The notes under the pieces: generated by a model
What the model saw: the letters and a program-made list of their open reading frames with translations, nothing else
The model's database searches: none
Told to the model about the DNA's origin: nothing
Translations under genes and position numbers: made by a program
Part shown: positions 41,301 to 56,300 of the stretch, in pieces
Position numbering within the stretch: the first letter of the stretch is position 1
Layout of the letters: every line of letters starts with the position of its first letter
DNA from: Leptogorgia sarmentosa
Taxonomy: Eukaryota
Assembly (NCBI GenBank): GCA_964658305.1
Contig: OZ210885.1
Span: forward strand, 13,082,001-13,146,000
Length of the DNA stretch: 64,000 nt
Direction of reading: 5' to 3'

Positions 41301-44300
41301 ATGGCAGCCAACATCCAAAATTTAAGCAAAGAGACAATCAATTTGCAACAAGAGATCACGTAAAGCAACGTCAATGTGTATATTGTGAAAATGACGACCA
41401 TAGATCAGTGGAATGTACCAAAGTTGTCGATAGAGCGAAAGAGAATACTAAGCGTAAAGAGACGGTGTTTTAACTGTACGGGAGAAAAACATAGAGCAAG
41501 AGAGTGCAAAAGTAATACCCAATGTTACAAGTGCCAACGCAAACATCATACATCCATTTGTGACAAAGTTGAACAAAGCCCTACAATGTGCCAACCGAAC
41601 CAATCCAATGTGATATATCCTGTAGTAGTTGTTGAAGTAGAAGGAGTGAAATGTCGAGCGTTACTGGACACTGGTTCAGGAAATTCTTATGTATCTTCTA
41701 CGTTGATGAACTTAACAAAAAAGAAGCCAATTAGACAAGAGATCAAAACCATAGAGATGATGTTGCATACAACTACGAAGACGATTGATGTCTACAATGT
41801 TGAAATCACAAACGTTAATAAAACCTTTAGCATGTCGTCTGAAGTGAATTGTGTCGATCGACCAGTGCTGCTGACCTTGAAAAATCCACGTTATAGAGAA
41901 GTTATTGCCAGTAATTCACACCTTGAAGGCATAGAGATGGACGATGGTGACACGAAGCCAATGTTGCCAGTTCACATGATACTGGGTGCCAGTGATTATT
42001 CACGAGTCAAAACGACCACACCGGCAAAAGTTGGAGATGACGGAAAACCAGTGGCTGAGAGAACGAGACTCGGGTGGACCATCATGTCGCAGGGACGGGA
42101 AATGAGTCATTCATATTTAATGTTAACGAGAAGCACACACGAGGACTACATGGAACTTTGTAGTTTAGATGTTCTGGGGCTCAAGGATCGACCTGAAGGT
42201 GATCAAACAACCGTGCTTGAAGAATTCAAAGAACAGTTAGCTTGGAGAGAAGATGGAAAATACGAGACAGCACTACCATGGAAAGCTAGCCATCCCAAAT
42301 TACCAACCAACATCAACGTTGCGCGACCGAGACTTCAGTCACTACTGAAGCGACTGGATAAACAGCCTGCCTTACTCGAGACATACCACCAAATCATCGA
42401 AGACCAAGTGGAACAGGGAATTGTAGAGATTGCACCAGCAGAATCAAACGAGAAGCACGAACATTACATCCCACATAAACCTGTCGTTCGAGAACAAGCT
42501 GAATCAACAAAAGTTCGTGTCGTCTACGACGCCTCCGCAAAGGCTAACGAAGATAGTCCGTCTCTGAATGACTGTCTAGAGATTGGCCCTCCACTTCAAC
42601 GAAAGTTGCTAGATATTCTTTTGCGAAACCGAGTTAAACCTGTGCTATTAGCAGGAGATATTAAGCAAGCGTTTCTTCAGATCGTTATCAGGGAAACCGA
42701 ACGTGACGCTTTAAGGTTCCTGTGGATAAATAACTTGCACACCAGAGAAGAGAAGATCTACCGCATGACAAGACTTATGTTTGGTCTCGGTCCAAGTCCA
42801 TTCATCCTTGGAGGGACATTGAACGTTCACCTAGAGAAGTACTCACACGATCATCCGATTTGTGTTCGAGAGCTTAAAGATGGTACATACGTGGACGATA
42901 TAAACATTGCAAGTGACACAGTGGAAGAAACGAAAGAGATTAAAGAAGATGCTGTAAAAATCTTGGGAAAAGGGGGGTTCGTGTTACATAAATGGCATTC
43001 GAACGCCGCAGAATTAGAAAGTGATGTAAAGGAAGATGGAGAAACTACCTATGCGAAGGAAAGTCTAGGGACAACACCATCGGAGACCAAACTTCTTGGA
43101 TTATGCTGGAACAAATCAGAAGACACTTTGTCAGTGACATTTCCACCAAACGAAAATGAAGTGACGAAAAGAATCGTCCTGAGAACTATGGCGAAAATCT
43201 ATGATCCGCTGGGATTAGCAGCTCTTATTCTACTCACGGCCAAAGTGATCTTTCGAGATATCTGTGATTCTAAGTTGGGATGGGATGCAGATCTACCTGA
43301 AGTGCTAAAGCGGCGATGGGAAAAATGGTTGAAGAATTTACCTGTCCAGTTGAAGATGCCAAGAGCAATACCTAGAGAAATCGGGGTGGTTGTGGAATTG
43401 ATCCTTCATGGATTCGCAGATGCGAGCATTCTTGGTTGTTGCGCTGTGATCTACGCTGTTATCAAGCAAGTTGGAGTGATTAGTCAAGGGTTCCTGATTT
43501 CGAAAACAAGATTGGCCAAACGGGACTTAACTATTCCGCGCCTGGAGTTAGTGAGTTGCCACATGCTAAGTAACCTCCTACACAACACATTCAAAGTTCT
43601 TAGTCATATACAAATTGCTGGTGTATTCGCATGGTCTGATTCTACTGTCTGTCTTCAATGGATCCAAGGTCAGGGAAGATATAAACAATTCGTGGCCAAT
43701 CGGGTAGATAAAATAAACGAGAAGGAAGAAATCGTTTGGAGATACGTGCCTAGTAAAGAGAATCCTGCGGATATCTGTAGTCGGGGATCAAGTGACTTAG
43801 AAACTAACGAAATGTGGATGAGCGGTCCGTCATGGCTGAACGATTCCGACAGCTGGCCGGAACAGATTGTTGCTAAACCTTCTGATGTGTCGGAGTCCGA
43901 AAGTCGCACAATCAAGACCGTGATGAAAGCTGCTGTTCAAAGAAAATCAGATGTCTTTGACGACCTTTTAGCGAAAACAACCCTATGGAAAACTGTGCGG
44001 ATTTTAGCATGGATCAAAAGATTTGCCGTCAATTGTCGAAGAAGTAAAAGAATTAGCGGACCACTAACAACTGAAGAGACTGACGAACAATTGAAATTTC
44101 TGGTTAAACGAGCTCAAGAGGACGGTGAAAGTTCCGCTCAATTCAAAGAACATTCTCAACGATTGAATCTCCAGAAAAATGAAGAAGGGATTTACGTGTG
44201 TAAGGGGAGAATTCAAGGCTTTTATCCGATTTACTTGCCATCAACTCATCTCCTATCTCTGAAGATTGTCGAACGTGCACATCTTTACACTCTTCACGGC

Positions 44301-47300
44301 GGGGTCGGGTTAACCATGAGTAAAGTGCGCGACGATTATTGGATCCCTACATTGCGAAGTCTAGTGAAGAAAGTCATTGGAAAGTGCTATGGGTGTAAAC
44401 GATTTTACACAATGCCAATGCCCGCTCCACCTCAGGGGAATCTTCCAAAAGAACGAACTGAAGGTGAAATCCCCTTTGAAGTAACTGGTGTCGATTATGC
44501 CGGACCAATCTATTACAAGGGGAATGGGGGAGCTGAACGTAAGTCATATATACTCATCTATACCTGCAGTTTAACTAGAGGACTGATTTTATTCTGCCAA
44601 ACATGAGCTGTGAAGAGTTCCTGATGAGTTTCAAAAGATTTATCGCAGCAAGAGGTCGTCCGAAGAAAGTTATATCCGACAATGGTAAGACCTTCGTGGC
44701 TGCTGCCAAATGGATCAAGAAAGTCGTAAAGAACGAAAAGTTACAAGGCTATCTGAGTGAACATGGTGTGAAATGGCAGTTCAATCTAAGCAAAGCTAGC
44801 TGGTGGGGTGGAATGTTCGAACGAATGGTCAGCGTAGTGAAACAAGCGCTTTACAAGGTCGTAGGATCGGCCAAACTTAGTTTCGAAGAATTGCAAGATG
44901 TGATGCTAGATATCCAGCTCGTATTGAACAATCGACCACTATCGTACTGCGAGGATGACATTCAACTTCCCGTGTTGACGCCGAACATGATGATCTTCGG
45001 TTAAGCCAATTATCTTATGGAGTTATTACCTGAGGATATAGAAGAACGAGACCTGCGAAAGAGGGCGAGATATCTGAAGAAATGTAAGGATGCGTTGTGG
45101 CAACGATGGAAACGAGAATACATGAGAGCACTTCGCGAAAGGCATAATTTAACACATGACGGGAAAGAGAGAGAGTTACGAAGGGGTGATATGTTATGTT
45201 AATCAAAGGTGATGAAAAGAATCGTAGACTGTGGAAAATTGGGATTGTTAAACAACTTATACCAGGAAGAGACGGAGTGGTTCGTGGAGTTAGGCTACGT
45301 GCAGGAAAATCATTCATGGAAAGACCAATACAATTTCTTTACCCTTTGGAATTGCATTGTGATAGAGAAAGTAATCAAGAAACTGTTCCATTGAATCCTG
45401 TTGCAAAGGAGTTCAAACCGAACCGTAGAGCGGCTGTCGATGCAATGAAGAGTATTGAACTAATTTATGATCAGGAAGAGGAAGAACCTTGATGAGTAGA
45501 GACGGGGGAATACGCGTAGACGTTCGTGTGCATTTAAGACAAATAAGATATATTTAAAACTTGCGTTCTAAATAGGGGGAGTGTGTCGGGGAAAAAGGTT
45601 GACATTAGGGGTTAAAATTAGAGATGAGGTGACTGCCACATAAGGAGTTGTTATTGTCTTGTTATTGGGAATATGTGTTAACTGTGAGTGATTTGGGAGA
45701 GTAAAAATAAAATAAAACCAAGATATAACGTGTGATTCTACTCTTATTGTGGGGATAGAACCATAAATCTACCACATATAGTCCTATCTGACTTTTCAAT
45801 AATTTGCCACTGAAGCTTTGTCCAGTCACATTCTAGGTCTGTTCTTAATACGTATATCTCGGAAATTAAAACGTAAAACCTATAATCTAGAACGTATATA
45901 TTAACTATTTTGTTGTCCTCTATCTCAATCTTTAAAAACTGCATAACTTCCGGTTTATAATCGCTTTAAGTAGCACGCATAATATAACTAAACCTATTTC
46001 AAAGTCATTCATGTGCGTGTTATTAGTTATTATTTTCTTAATTAGTTTTGATAAATTATTGTAGTCACAAGTTTTATGCTTCATACAGAATATTAATTTT
46101 TCCTTTTATTTTTTAAGGTGTGGAATTTGTCCGATGGCAGTGTGATCAATGGAATTGATTGCGATGGCACACCTGAGATTGTTCGCTTTAGTTCTGATGG
46201 GTTGCAAGTTATAATTGGATGCAAAGATAACCATGTGTTCATCTGGGACTGGGAAAATCCTGATGCTTCTTTGAAAGAAGTCATTTTACCCGCGTCCTAT
46301 ACAGTGGAAATAGCATGCGATCGCAACATGATTTACACATGCAGCCGGGATATGCATATTTGTGAAATCAATCACGACTCACTACAAGAATCGACTGTTC
46401 GTCAAGAGTCGAGCGTCCCACCAGTACTATCACCCGACGGCAAAAGAGTATTATTTGGATCGCTTGATAAGAATGTGTTTTTCCACTGGACACTTTCAAC
46501 TGATAGTTGGGCCGAGCATAGTGCAGGTGGGTAAATGAAGAAATATTTGAAACTTTAAATAAGTGGGTTAAGTCGACATTGATGCGACTACAGGATATTA
46601 TACTATGATCTTTATACACACAAAATTTATGTGTGTGATATATCCGTTTTAATTGAGAATATGTTTCTCCCAAAAAAACAGTGCATTCAAATTGATAGTG
46701 GATTCGATTTAAGAAATTGTCATGGCTTCACATGCTATTTTTCGATTACGAACTATACAATTAAAACGGTTTCATCGCGAGTATCTAGCTACAAGCCGGT
46801 ATGCATTATTCAGGTGTGTTTCATGTATAGAAATCCTATAGGATTTGCAGCACATCGATGCCGATGAATGTAAAACTCGATGCTTATTTAGCTCATGAAG
46901 AATTTTTTTCCATCATCCTTTTCAATTTATTTGCTACTATTCATTTCGCATTATTTAACAATTATTCGCCGAATGCGAGGTGATTATCGGTGAATAAAAA
47001 CCGAGAAGACTCAGTATATTAAGACGATTCAGACGATATTAATTCAGTCATCTCAGTCAGTGGAAGTGGTATAAAGGACCCCGACTACGAGCCCTAATTC
47101 TGTAGCTCCATGTGCTAATTCACACGCAGTCATTTTTGACGGCGTCGCCCCTATGTGGTAAACCTGAAAGTTGCAACACTGGTAAAATTAAGTCGTCGAT
47201 AGCTTGTCGAAAACACGTGAGGGAGGGTTGAGAACGAAATAGAGGACCGCAATGTTATATGGTTAGCATGAGTTCTTCACCATTATTCATCCCCACAATA

Positions 47301-50300
47301 TAATACCGTTTCAATTCAGAATATATTAGTATTTCAAAACCCCTCTCTCGTGAGTAGCTATAACACACGCCTCCAGGAGAAACTCACGACATTCGGCAAA
47401 AGCGGTGACAGGCAATTTGTAAATGAGTTCCTGCAAAGAATCGAACCGATCTTCGAGGTAAAGTCTGCGTGTGGAGAAAATCAACGGCGAAAAATTGATC
47501 TCTAAATAAAAATTGATTAATCCACTGCTGTGCGTGATTATAGTCGAATCAAACTAATTACTAATCTCTACTTTTTCTGAGTCTACAGCTAATTCAAAAA
47601 ACGTTGTCTTTTTCAAACTCAAAACATTAAACGTTCAACTATGAACACGCGATGCATCGTGGGAACGCATGGCCTGGTTTTGCTTAATTAACTGTTGAAA
47701 GTCCAGCTTCGATGAGTTTCTACAGAGTTCACGAACAAATGTCAGACCTTGTTGGAAAGCAGGCATGAATTTCCTTTGGACAAGACTGCTTGTCATACTC
47801 AACGAGCAAAAACGAAAAATTTTTTCGTTATACAGAGCTTTATCGGCAAACCAATGACTATCCGCTTGCGTAGCAATATTATGCTTAGCAAGGTAAGTAA
47901 ATAGTTCCTAACGTCGCTCTAAATTAATTCCAGTCAATGACTCATCGATACATTGTCTAGAAGACGAAATTTCCGCAAATATCACCGATCTGATGTACTT
48001 ATAAGATGCTCACTTCTTCAATTTGAAAGTCCATTATTTCGGTCAACCATATTGCTCTACATCGTACGTCTTGGCTATATGCACGCGGCATCTTAAGATC
48101 ACCTTCACTCCTCGCCTTTTAATAGTTCATTTATACGCGAGAACAGGCCATGCATACTCACGATGCATTGTGCGCACAATGTTTTGAGTGTGGAAAGGAC
48201 AACCTTTTTGTAATTAGTTGTACAGTACGTCACTCATAGTTGCCGCCAATATCGTGTTTCAAATATATGATATATTCGACTGCCATGATGAGTTTGACCG
48301 TCTACAATTTCCATTATCGCGCAACTGCATTGTTCGCGAAATTGCATGATGACGATCTGCTACTGAAAGCAATGCGATCTTGGAAGAAAAATAAAAAACG
48401 TAATTGTATGTAATTTGTCCCATTTGTTAAATATCTGGGTGTAACAGTATGTATTTGTCTGAACCTGCTTGTCATGCAATAATTCACGACAAAACCAAGT
48501 AGATAAAGATTTTATATAAAGGCAAGGTGGACTATTAGGACAGATTTTATGTAAATTGGCTCCAAACCTATGTTAAGAAGTACTTCTTATTCCATGACAT
48601 TATTTTCTTTGAATATAAACTTCTCAAACATGTTTATGAATGCAAAACAATCCGGTTTACAATTGACGTGCACTTGTCTTGGAAAAATAATACTCAAACT
48701 ATTTGCCAAAAGGTAACAGCGTGAATCACTGCTGGCTAACCGTTTCTTTACCACAATATACCTATTTTGATATATAACGCTATTGTTAGTCCGCACCATA
48801 GCCAAGAATTCGCGGACATTTGAGCCCGCGCTATCTTCCCAGCGGCTGTACGAACAATGTCCTCAGAATTCATCAATACCCCCGATATCCCTCAGCGTTT
48901 TCTCATCAAAATCAAAATGCCAAAAACAGCTGGTACTGAGAAACATAGTCCAACTGTCCAAACCATCTAAATCATCCGACTTTTTTCAATACGCATCTCT
49001 CCTCGTAAGGGGTCTCAGCCATTCTGAATTTAAATTTTAACGCGTTGCTTTTTGGCAAAGCGCGTTTGCTGATGAATAGAGTCTCGGCCCTCGGGCTCAA
49101 TACATTTGTATAGGAAAAGGCTGCACCTCGAGAAAAATTCTTTCTCGCTCCACATTTTGGTACCAAACAGTTTTACTGTTGGGACATATTGGTGATAAAT
49201 AAACCTCAGTTCATTACTAAACGTACACGACCGTTTCGATAACACAGTGGACTTTATTGATTTTGCAACTTGAAAATCAGAGTGGCTATAGATCGCCAAA
49301 ACATCCAAGATGATGAAACGAATTCAAAAGTCACTCGTTCAAGCTAAAAGATTTCAACAATGATCGATTGTTGTCTAAGTATCCTGAAATTTGAATTTCA
49401 AGCTTATCTTTCCGAAAAATATGTTGTTCCCCCATCAAAATTATAAGTTAATTTCTTTGAGTATTACTCGCAAAAAGCGGAGCCCGGCGTAAACGTTTAT
49501 GGTAATAAACAATTATTGGATGAGGCTGAGCATGATATCAAGAATTATTCAGACCGAGGTCAATGTTATCTGCCGAAGCGAAGGTGAGGCGGATAACATT
49601 GACCGAGGTCTGAATAATTCTTGATATCATGCGAAAGCCGAATCCAATAATTGTTTTATTATACATTTAAAAGACACGAGAAACGATTAATTAATTGATT
49701 CAAAGTTTAAAATCAATTTAATAACAGTTTTAAAAGTTAAACTGCTTTGCATTCTGATAATTTAACGAACATGTACATCTCTCCAGTATTTTCAACTTCA
49801 CTAAAATTTCACACAACTAATAAACAATCAATTGCGTTTTGAATCAAAGGTTAAAATCAACTTTACAGTTGTAAAAGTTAAACTGCTTTGTATTCTCATT
49901 ATTTGAGGTTTGTACTGTCAAATCTCTCAGTAGAAATTCTTCCGGTGAATCAGTCAACAGTGGTAGAGAAGCAGCTTCAGGAGTTTCTGTGCATTCGCCA
50001 CTCGGTATCACGGACATCAAGCTGTTTGCCATCTTTGCCTTTGTGTTCTGGTCGGTTTTGCAGTAATTCTTGATGCTACTCTCGCTTCGATGACCGCTTA
50101 CAGACATGATATGACGAGCTTCAAATTAGCTTGTTGTGACAACACTTTCATTTTCTTCCCCAAAGTGTGTTCTCCGAGAACCATGTTGTCGTACCAAACT
50201 TCACTGTCCGAGACGTGTCTTGTCTTCGAACAGATTATCATTTGCCGGGTTCAGATGAGATAAATACTTCTCAAATGAGGCCACAGGACATAATGGACCT

Positions 50301-53300
50301 TCGTTTGACATCATTATTCCTCCATCTTCTGCCTCGTCGTTCTCCCTGTGGTTCTTTGTCAGTTCGTCTGTTGTTTTGACAACGAAGCGTCTGCCATTGG
50401 CGTCGGTCTGTATTTCAAAGTCATCCTTTTTAAGTTGACGTAAATTCTGCCTCGCTCGGCGACAAAAGAACAACATTATTTCAAAAAAAAATTTATTCTG
50501 AAGTGTTGTTGGGTTATCATCGTTGAAAACACCACTTTCGTAAAGTTTCTTTATGTCTTCATCAGCAATGGCGGGTTTGTGCTTAGTTTTTGCAAGTCCG
50601 TCTTTCTTTAGTTTTACACATTGTGCGATAAACACTTGGTTGGCTTCCTTGAATTCGGTGTCCTTGGTTATGTCGACGTTCAATATCTCTTTGAAGTGTC
50701 TACTTAATCCAAATCTAATAGCACTAAGCGAGCTCTTCTGGTATTGACATCCATCTTGCTTTCTTGTTTGTGCATAGAACTGCTTTAAAATAGCGGCCGG
50801 CTGTATAGCATCTTGGGGATATTCTACATTTTTTTGACGAAGATACTCTTCGAAAATGGTTTTGCACCCCCTTGTGGCTTTTTTCGTGCTTTCACTATCC
50901 TTATCTGCCAGTAATTTGGAGAGTTCAGTATCGTTAAGCGAAGCGAATCTGCTAAAGCAGGCCATCGTTTGTTTGTTTGTTTTTTTTTCGCGCGCTTTCA
51001 GCTTCAAGCTTTTGACAGCGCTGGGGCTTGGGCACGAGAGAGTCCAATAATTTTTTTTTTGGATGCAAGTTCGATCCAAAAAAACAATTATTGGACGCTG
51101 ATGACGTCATCGGCGGAAAATACGTCATAAATACCGAATACTGAGAATTAGCCAGTGCTTTCTGACCAATCAGGAACGAGAATAAATGTTAAATGTATAA
51201 TAATTTGTGTTATTCACTGATTTGCTCTACTTATGAAATATCAACTGATATACTTGACAACTTCAAATGGCTTTAATTAAACGTTTTACTTCTTTCAGGT
51301 CACCCTGACGACTCGATAGTTACAGCAATTGACATCACATCGGATGGGAAATTTGCTTTGTCTGGAAGCAGTTTAGGAACATTGTCACTGGTCGACATAG
51401 AGTGTTGTAAAATGGTTCAAACCTTCGCAAAGACCGAATGTGGAGTCGCCATACGTTTTGTGTGCTTATTAAGTGATGATGTCCGTTTCGTTTTTGTTGA
51501 CGAGGCAAACAGGATCGAACTAAGAACTTTTAATGATATCGAGGCCAGCATTAATTTGGGTCAACCAGAAGTTGAAGTCACCTGCATTACTGCTCTTGCT
51601 TCAAACTATGCATTGCTTGGTTGTGATGACGGAGAACTGTTATGGTTTCATCTTAACAATAAATCGCAGTCGAAATTCCCAGCACACGAGGATGCCATTT
51701 CTCAAGTTAAAGGCGAGCTAGGAGGTCATGATCGTTCACGTCGCTTTGCATCGAGGTCTATCGGTGGGTCTGTGAAGCTTTGGAATGTTGAAGAAAACTT
51801 GCCGACGTTAATATGGTCACATGACAACATTTGTTCAGATCCCATTACCGCGTTAGAATTCGTGCCCTGCTCGGATGATATCATAATTGCTTCTGGCAAA
51901 AAGGTATGTATATCATTTTTCAAACGAGATGTTCAAATGTAATTTTTGACGTGTTACTTGTTGTAGGTTGAGCTGCAATTTAAATTTCGTGATGTCTCTT
52001 TACCGAACAAGATTGTCAAACGTTATTTTTACGGCTTAATATTTGTTGTAGTTGAGCTGCACTTTTCGCAGTACATGAAAAATAACACATACAGTGCTCA
52101 TCAGTTGTGAAGCGCTTCTACAGTGAATTAACTTTGTTCCAAGCATTATTTTGGAAATCGGGAGACAAAATTGGAAGAAAGCCCCTAGTTCAGCCCTTGA
52201 CTGGAAGAACACAACCAAATGAATGGTGGTGTTGAAGTCGTGTGCATGTTTGTTTTTTCGCTGATTGATGTTTTGTGCACTGTGGAAAGTGTAAAAAAAA
52301 AGAAAAACATGGTGTGCAAACAGATTCCATGGCGAGAATCGCATTAAGATTAGATCTTTCCGTATGGTTAAGCACGCTACCTGAGTTTGTTACTACCTAC
52401 TCGGTCTCGTTGTCCAATTGTTAAATATTCCCTAAATTAATAAAAGCGCGAAAAATTTCGGAAAACACGCGTTCAGTTAGCCTAGGTAGTTTAATATACT
52501 CTGCAGTCTCGTACATCTGCATAACACTACATTTATTTAAAAATAGGTACACAAGTGTACATGTATTTGCGCTCAAGGTACCAGCGCGGTGATACAAACT
52601 TGTTAATGCGCGACTTGTTGGATCTGTCCCGAATATGTGTCACCTTGCATGTATAAAATAGTATTCCGCTAGCAATTACCGCGACTGTTTTTCCGAAAGT
52701 ACTGATTTCTGAAACGCGAGGTTGTGCGTTGAAGACTTGATATAAGCTTTCATAAATATATCGCATTCCAAATATTAAATTGCAATGGAATTCAACTGGG
52801 CGACATACGATATGGCATATTTTAAAGACCTCCTTCAAATTTATTCATGTTGTCGCGTCTTGCGATTGCTTTTCGAAATATGTGGCTTTCTTTTGACCAA
52901 GTTTACCCTTTGTATAAAACCACTTACATACAACATATTCTGTCCATGTCTTTAAATTGTCAATGTCGTTTTGAATTGCAATTGCGCACTTACTGAGATG
53001 AGGAATATCAAAATTGATTGCCTAAACTTTCGTTCTTGTAGACTACACTTTGCAATGTATCGGTACAAACATTGCAACATTGTTGTTGGCGCGAAAACAA
53101 TATTTTACTACTCTTTATTATACAGTCGCAAATATTAATAACCCCCAGTCAGTAAAACTGATTATTTCAAAATTAAAAATTTCAGCTAATTACATCATAT
53201 CGAAATTTAAAGATAACCTGTGGATCATTTTACTTTTTTCTGTACTATTTTCATTTTTTCGTCAAAAGCATGTTCTTTTATTTATTAAACTACAATGAAG

Positions 53301-56300
53301 ATTGGTTCGCGGCTCTTGCACTAACGTCGCCATTTTAAAAACTCAAATTTATTGCCGGGAAACGATCACGTGATCGATATCTTCACAAATGAAGAAATAG
53401 GAAATATCTCACTCTTGTACTGTGTATTTTTTGGTATCTACAGTAACTTTGGTATCTCTGTTATAAAACTACTCGACTTGGGCAAACAACAACTATAGAG
53501 CTATAGCTGGATAGTATGAAATGTATTTTCGGCTTAAAAATCATTGAATCAAGTTTCAAAATATCTTGATTTTCTGTATCATGGTTTCATGTAGTTTTAT
53601 TACTATATCATATTTTTGTAATAATCGGAATCTTTTGTGTTAGGGTTAGGCTTGCATCGCTTTGAGCGTCAAATAGTGCTCATTGTTGTGCAGTATGCAA
53701 AATGTCCCCAGTCTGAAGCTGATATTGATTTCAAATTCCCCAGTTGAAGCAATATACCTTTCCCATCCATACAAGTCTGTCTGAGATTTCTATGTTGAGT
53801 TTATATTCATGAGTACATTAATTACTGATATTGCCAACATCAAGATGATCTCAATACACGGAAAAGGACTGAGACTAGTTGTCGAATTCAAATCCATTTT
53901 TCGATTGAAATCTCGCATAATATAATCTATTTCATTTCCATATTTTTGTCAGGGCTAAAGTTCTCATAACCAAACATAATTACAAAATTTCAACTAGTTT
54001 AATACAGAATAACAAAAGATATAATTGAGTGAATATGGCATAATGGATTTCCGTCCGGACAGCATTCTAAAACTCACACCTTTGTCACAAGTTCAATAAA
54101 AATTGATATGTTACTTAGAATTAACATATGATTACATTATAGACACAACGCCTTATGCATGACATGTGTGTTCGGAATCAATTTCATCCAATAAATGTAG
54201 CACTAAAAGCCACCAAGCACTTATAGTCAAATTACTGGAATATTATAAACTGCTTTACACCTACAAAAATTTCAACCATCTGCAAGTTTGACAAAGAAAT
54301 AATTCTTACAAAAAGGAAATAAATCTTGTATAACGTAAAGTTTGATCTACAAGCAGGAAAAACGGCGCGTATGCCTTCCCGAACTAAGTTTAAAAACAAA
54401 ATAAGAGAAAAATAACAAGATATGACTGAATAAACAAAAATATTTATATTTGAGATTTATATATACATATTTGTTGAAATACCACTCGTGCTTCAGTAAT
54501 TTAGCAGAATAATTTTACGAAACATAACTGCTCAATGCTGATACGATAATTGCGCCGAAACGCCATACTTCAGTCACTAATACTGCATGTGTAAATTAAA
54601 TTCAACAATTCCAATTCTGAAGGTAATTTTTTCAATTACTTTGTTACGTTTCAAGCAGTTTCACGCAACGAAGCAAACAAACTTAGCACTCCGAATCGGA
54701 ATTTTTAAATTTAATTACATTGTAATTAGTGTTATATCGTTCATCTTTTTTTGCTGAGAAAATAACCAATGCAACAATGTTGTATTAAGCAGTAAATTAT
54801 TATTTTGACAGGCTCCGCGGATAAACGGCAAAGGAATTGTGAATCGTTACATATCAGGTAGGAGGGGTAGAATTGAAACAATTCGCGTGGTCCAGAACTT
54901 CCTTTTTTGTGTTTATTCTTACAAGAGGGGAGTTGCCAATGGAGCTGAAGAGGGAACATCGGTCGGAAAGTGGAAACTGAACGAAGAGCGGGACGACAAG
55001 CTTTCTCATTGTTTTTCCAGAAGAGTTTTAAGAGTGAACAATTCTGGCAGCCATGTGGCTATTTTAGGTAATTTATTTCATTTTTTAATCTCAATTGCAA
55101 CAACTTGTGGTTGCGCAATTCTTCTAGTATCAGCACAGCCTTACTCTCCGACATTCCGTCCACGTCCTTGTTTCCCCGTCCACTGCACAACTGTTGGGAC
55201 ACGAGACTTTTCAAACCAACAAGAAGTTATCCAAGCAATGGAAGTAACATGCAAATATGCTGCATTTTGAACCTCCGAATGCGAAACCTCCCCTGCGAAT
55301 ATACCGCATTCCAGTAGGCTTAACCTCACGTAACACCACGTGCATTACCCGTTTGACTTGCAACTATGTTATCTAACAAGTATTCGCACGGAAACTTTGA
55401 GCATTACCCACACCTTAGTCTGGATGCATTTTCCCTGAGCGTACGAGCGTAAGGCCTGGCGATGGTACTAAGTCCGCCCGGCAATTTTCATCCGGGAAAA
55501 AAAAATCCCAAGGCAAGTTGGAAGACCTGACGTTGATAGACCACCCACTGATCTGAGAAACACAGGATTGTGCGAATCCTGCAATTAAGCCTCACTCCTT
55601 TATGAGAAAATTGAAACGAGCACTCTCTGCAGTCTTTCTTTAGCTCAGTGGTTCGTGTCTTAGCCAGTCAGCACTCAGAAAGAGTTGTCCGAAAAGAAAT
55701 CCATTTCGCTATATTCACTCGATTATGTATCTTCCGTTGTTCTGTATGAAACTAGTTGAAATTTTGTAATTATGTTTGGTTATGGGAACTATAGCTCTGA
55801 CAAAAATATGGAATCAAAATAAAGTATATAATGGCAGAAATTCATTTGTTTCAAACATCTAGTCCTTCTTCGTGTATTGAGATCACCTGATAGATGGGCA
55901 TGTTTCCACATCGGCTATATCGATCAGCAATATTCCCTGACTAATTGACCCTTAGATCAGGCAGTTTTAGCTGCATGTTACGAAACGTCGGATTTAAAGC
56001 TATGTTATTCAGACGAGACTCGCTACAAATATTTGCAGATAAGTCCCTGTTTACCCTACTAATATTCCCTAATTAATATGTTTTATTATATACCAATCGT
56101 CAAAGTTTCTCTTTTCTTGTGTTTCATTGGTCCAGAGCGTATCACGTGAGAGTGACGAAATTAGACTGTCTCCCTCGCATCAGCAAGAGAGGGAGATAAT
56201 ACGTTATTCACCGGTGAACAACAACAAAAAATCACGTGCGCCATCACGTGAAGACGCGACCTTTGGACGACCTGCTAATGCTTTAATTTAATTTAATATT

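Larger units (their letters stand above)
39909..45776 (+). mobile_element. Full-length Bel/Pao LTR retrotransposon in intron 12, coding region disabled
   Basis: 193-bp LTRs TG..CA at 39909-40101 and 45584-45776 (2 mismatches seen). Polypurine tract aggggga before the 3' LTR, flanks tata/tata. Domain order gag-PR-RT-RH-IN. Confidence 0.95.

Noticed and set aside
41376..41473. Programmed gag-pol ribosomal frameshift
   Set aside because: Bel/Pao elements normally have one ORF. The shift falls between Gag zinc knuckles with no clear slippery heptamer, so it is better explained as a mutation or sequencing error.
49844..51079. Domesticated host gene (KCTD1/ZMYM-like) or bacterial/phage integrase contamination
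   Set aside because: It is intronless, frameshifted, missing the HxxR segment and bounded by element-like ends inside an intron of a eukaryotic gene.
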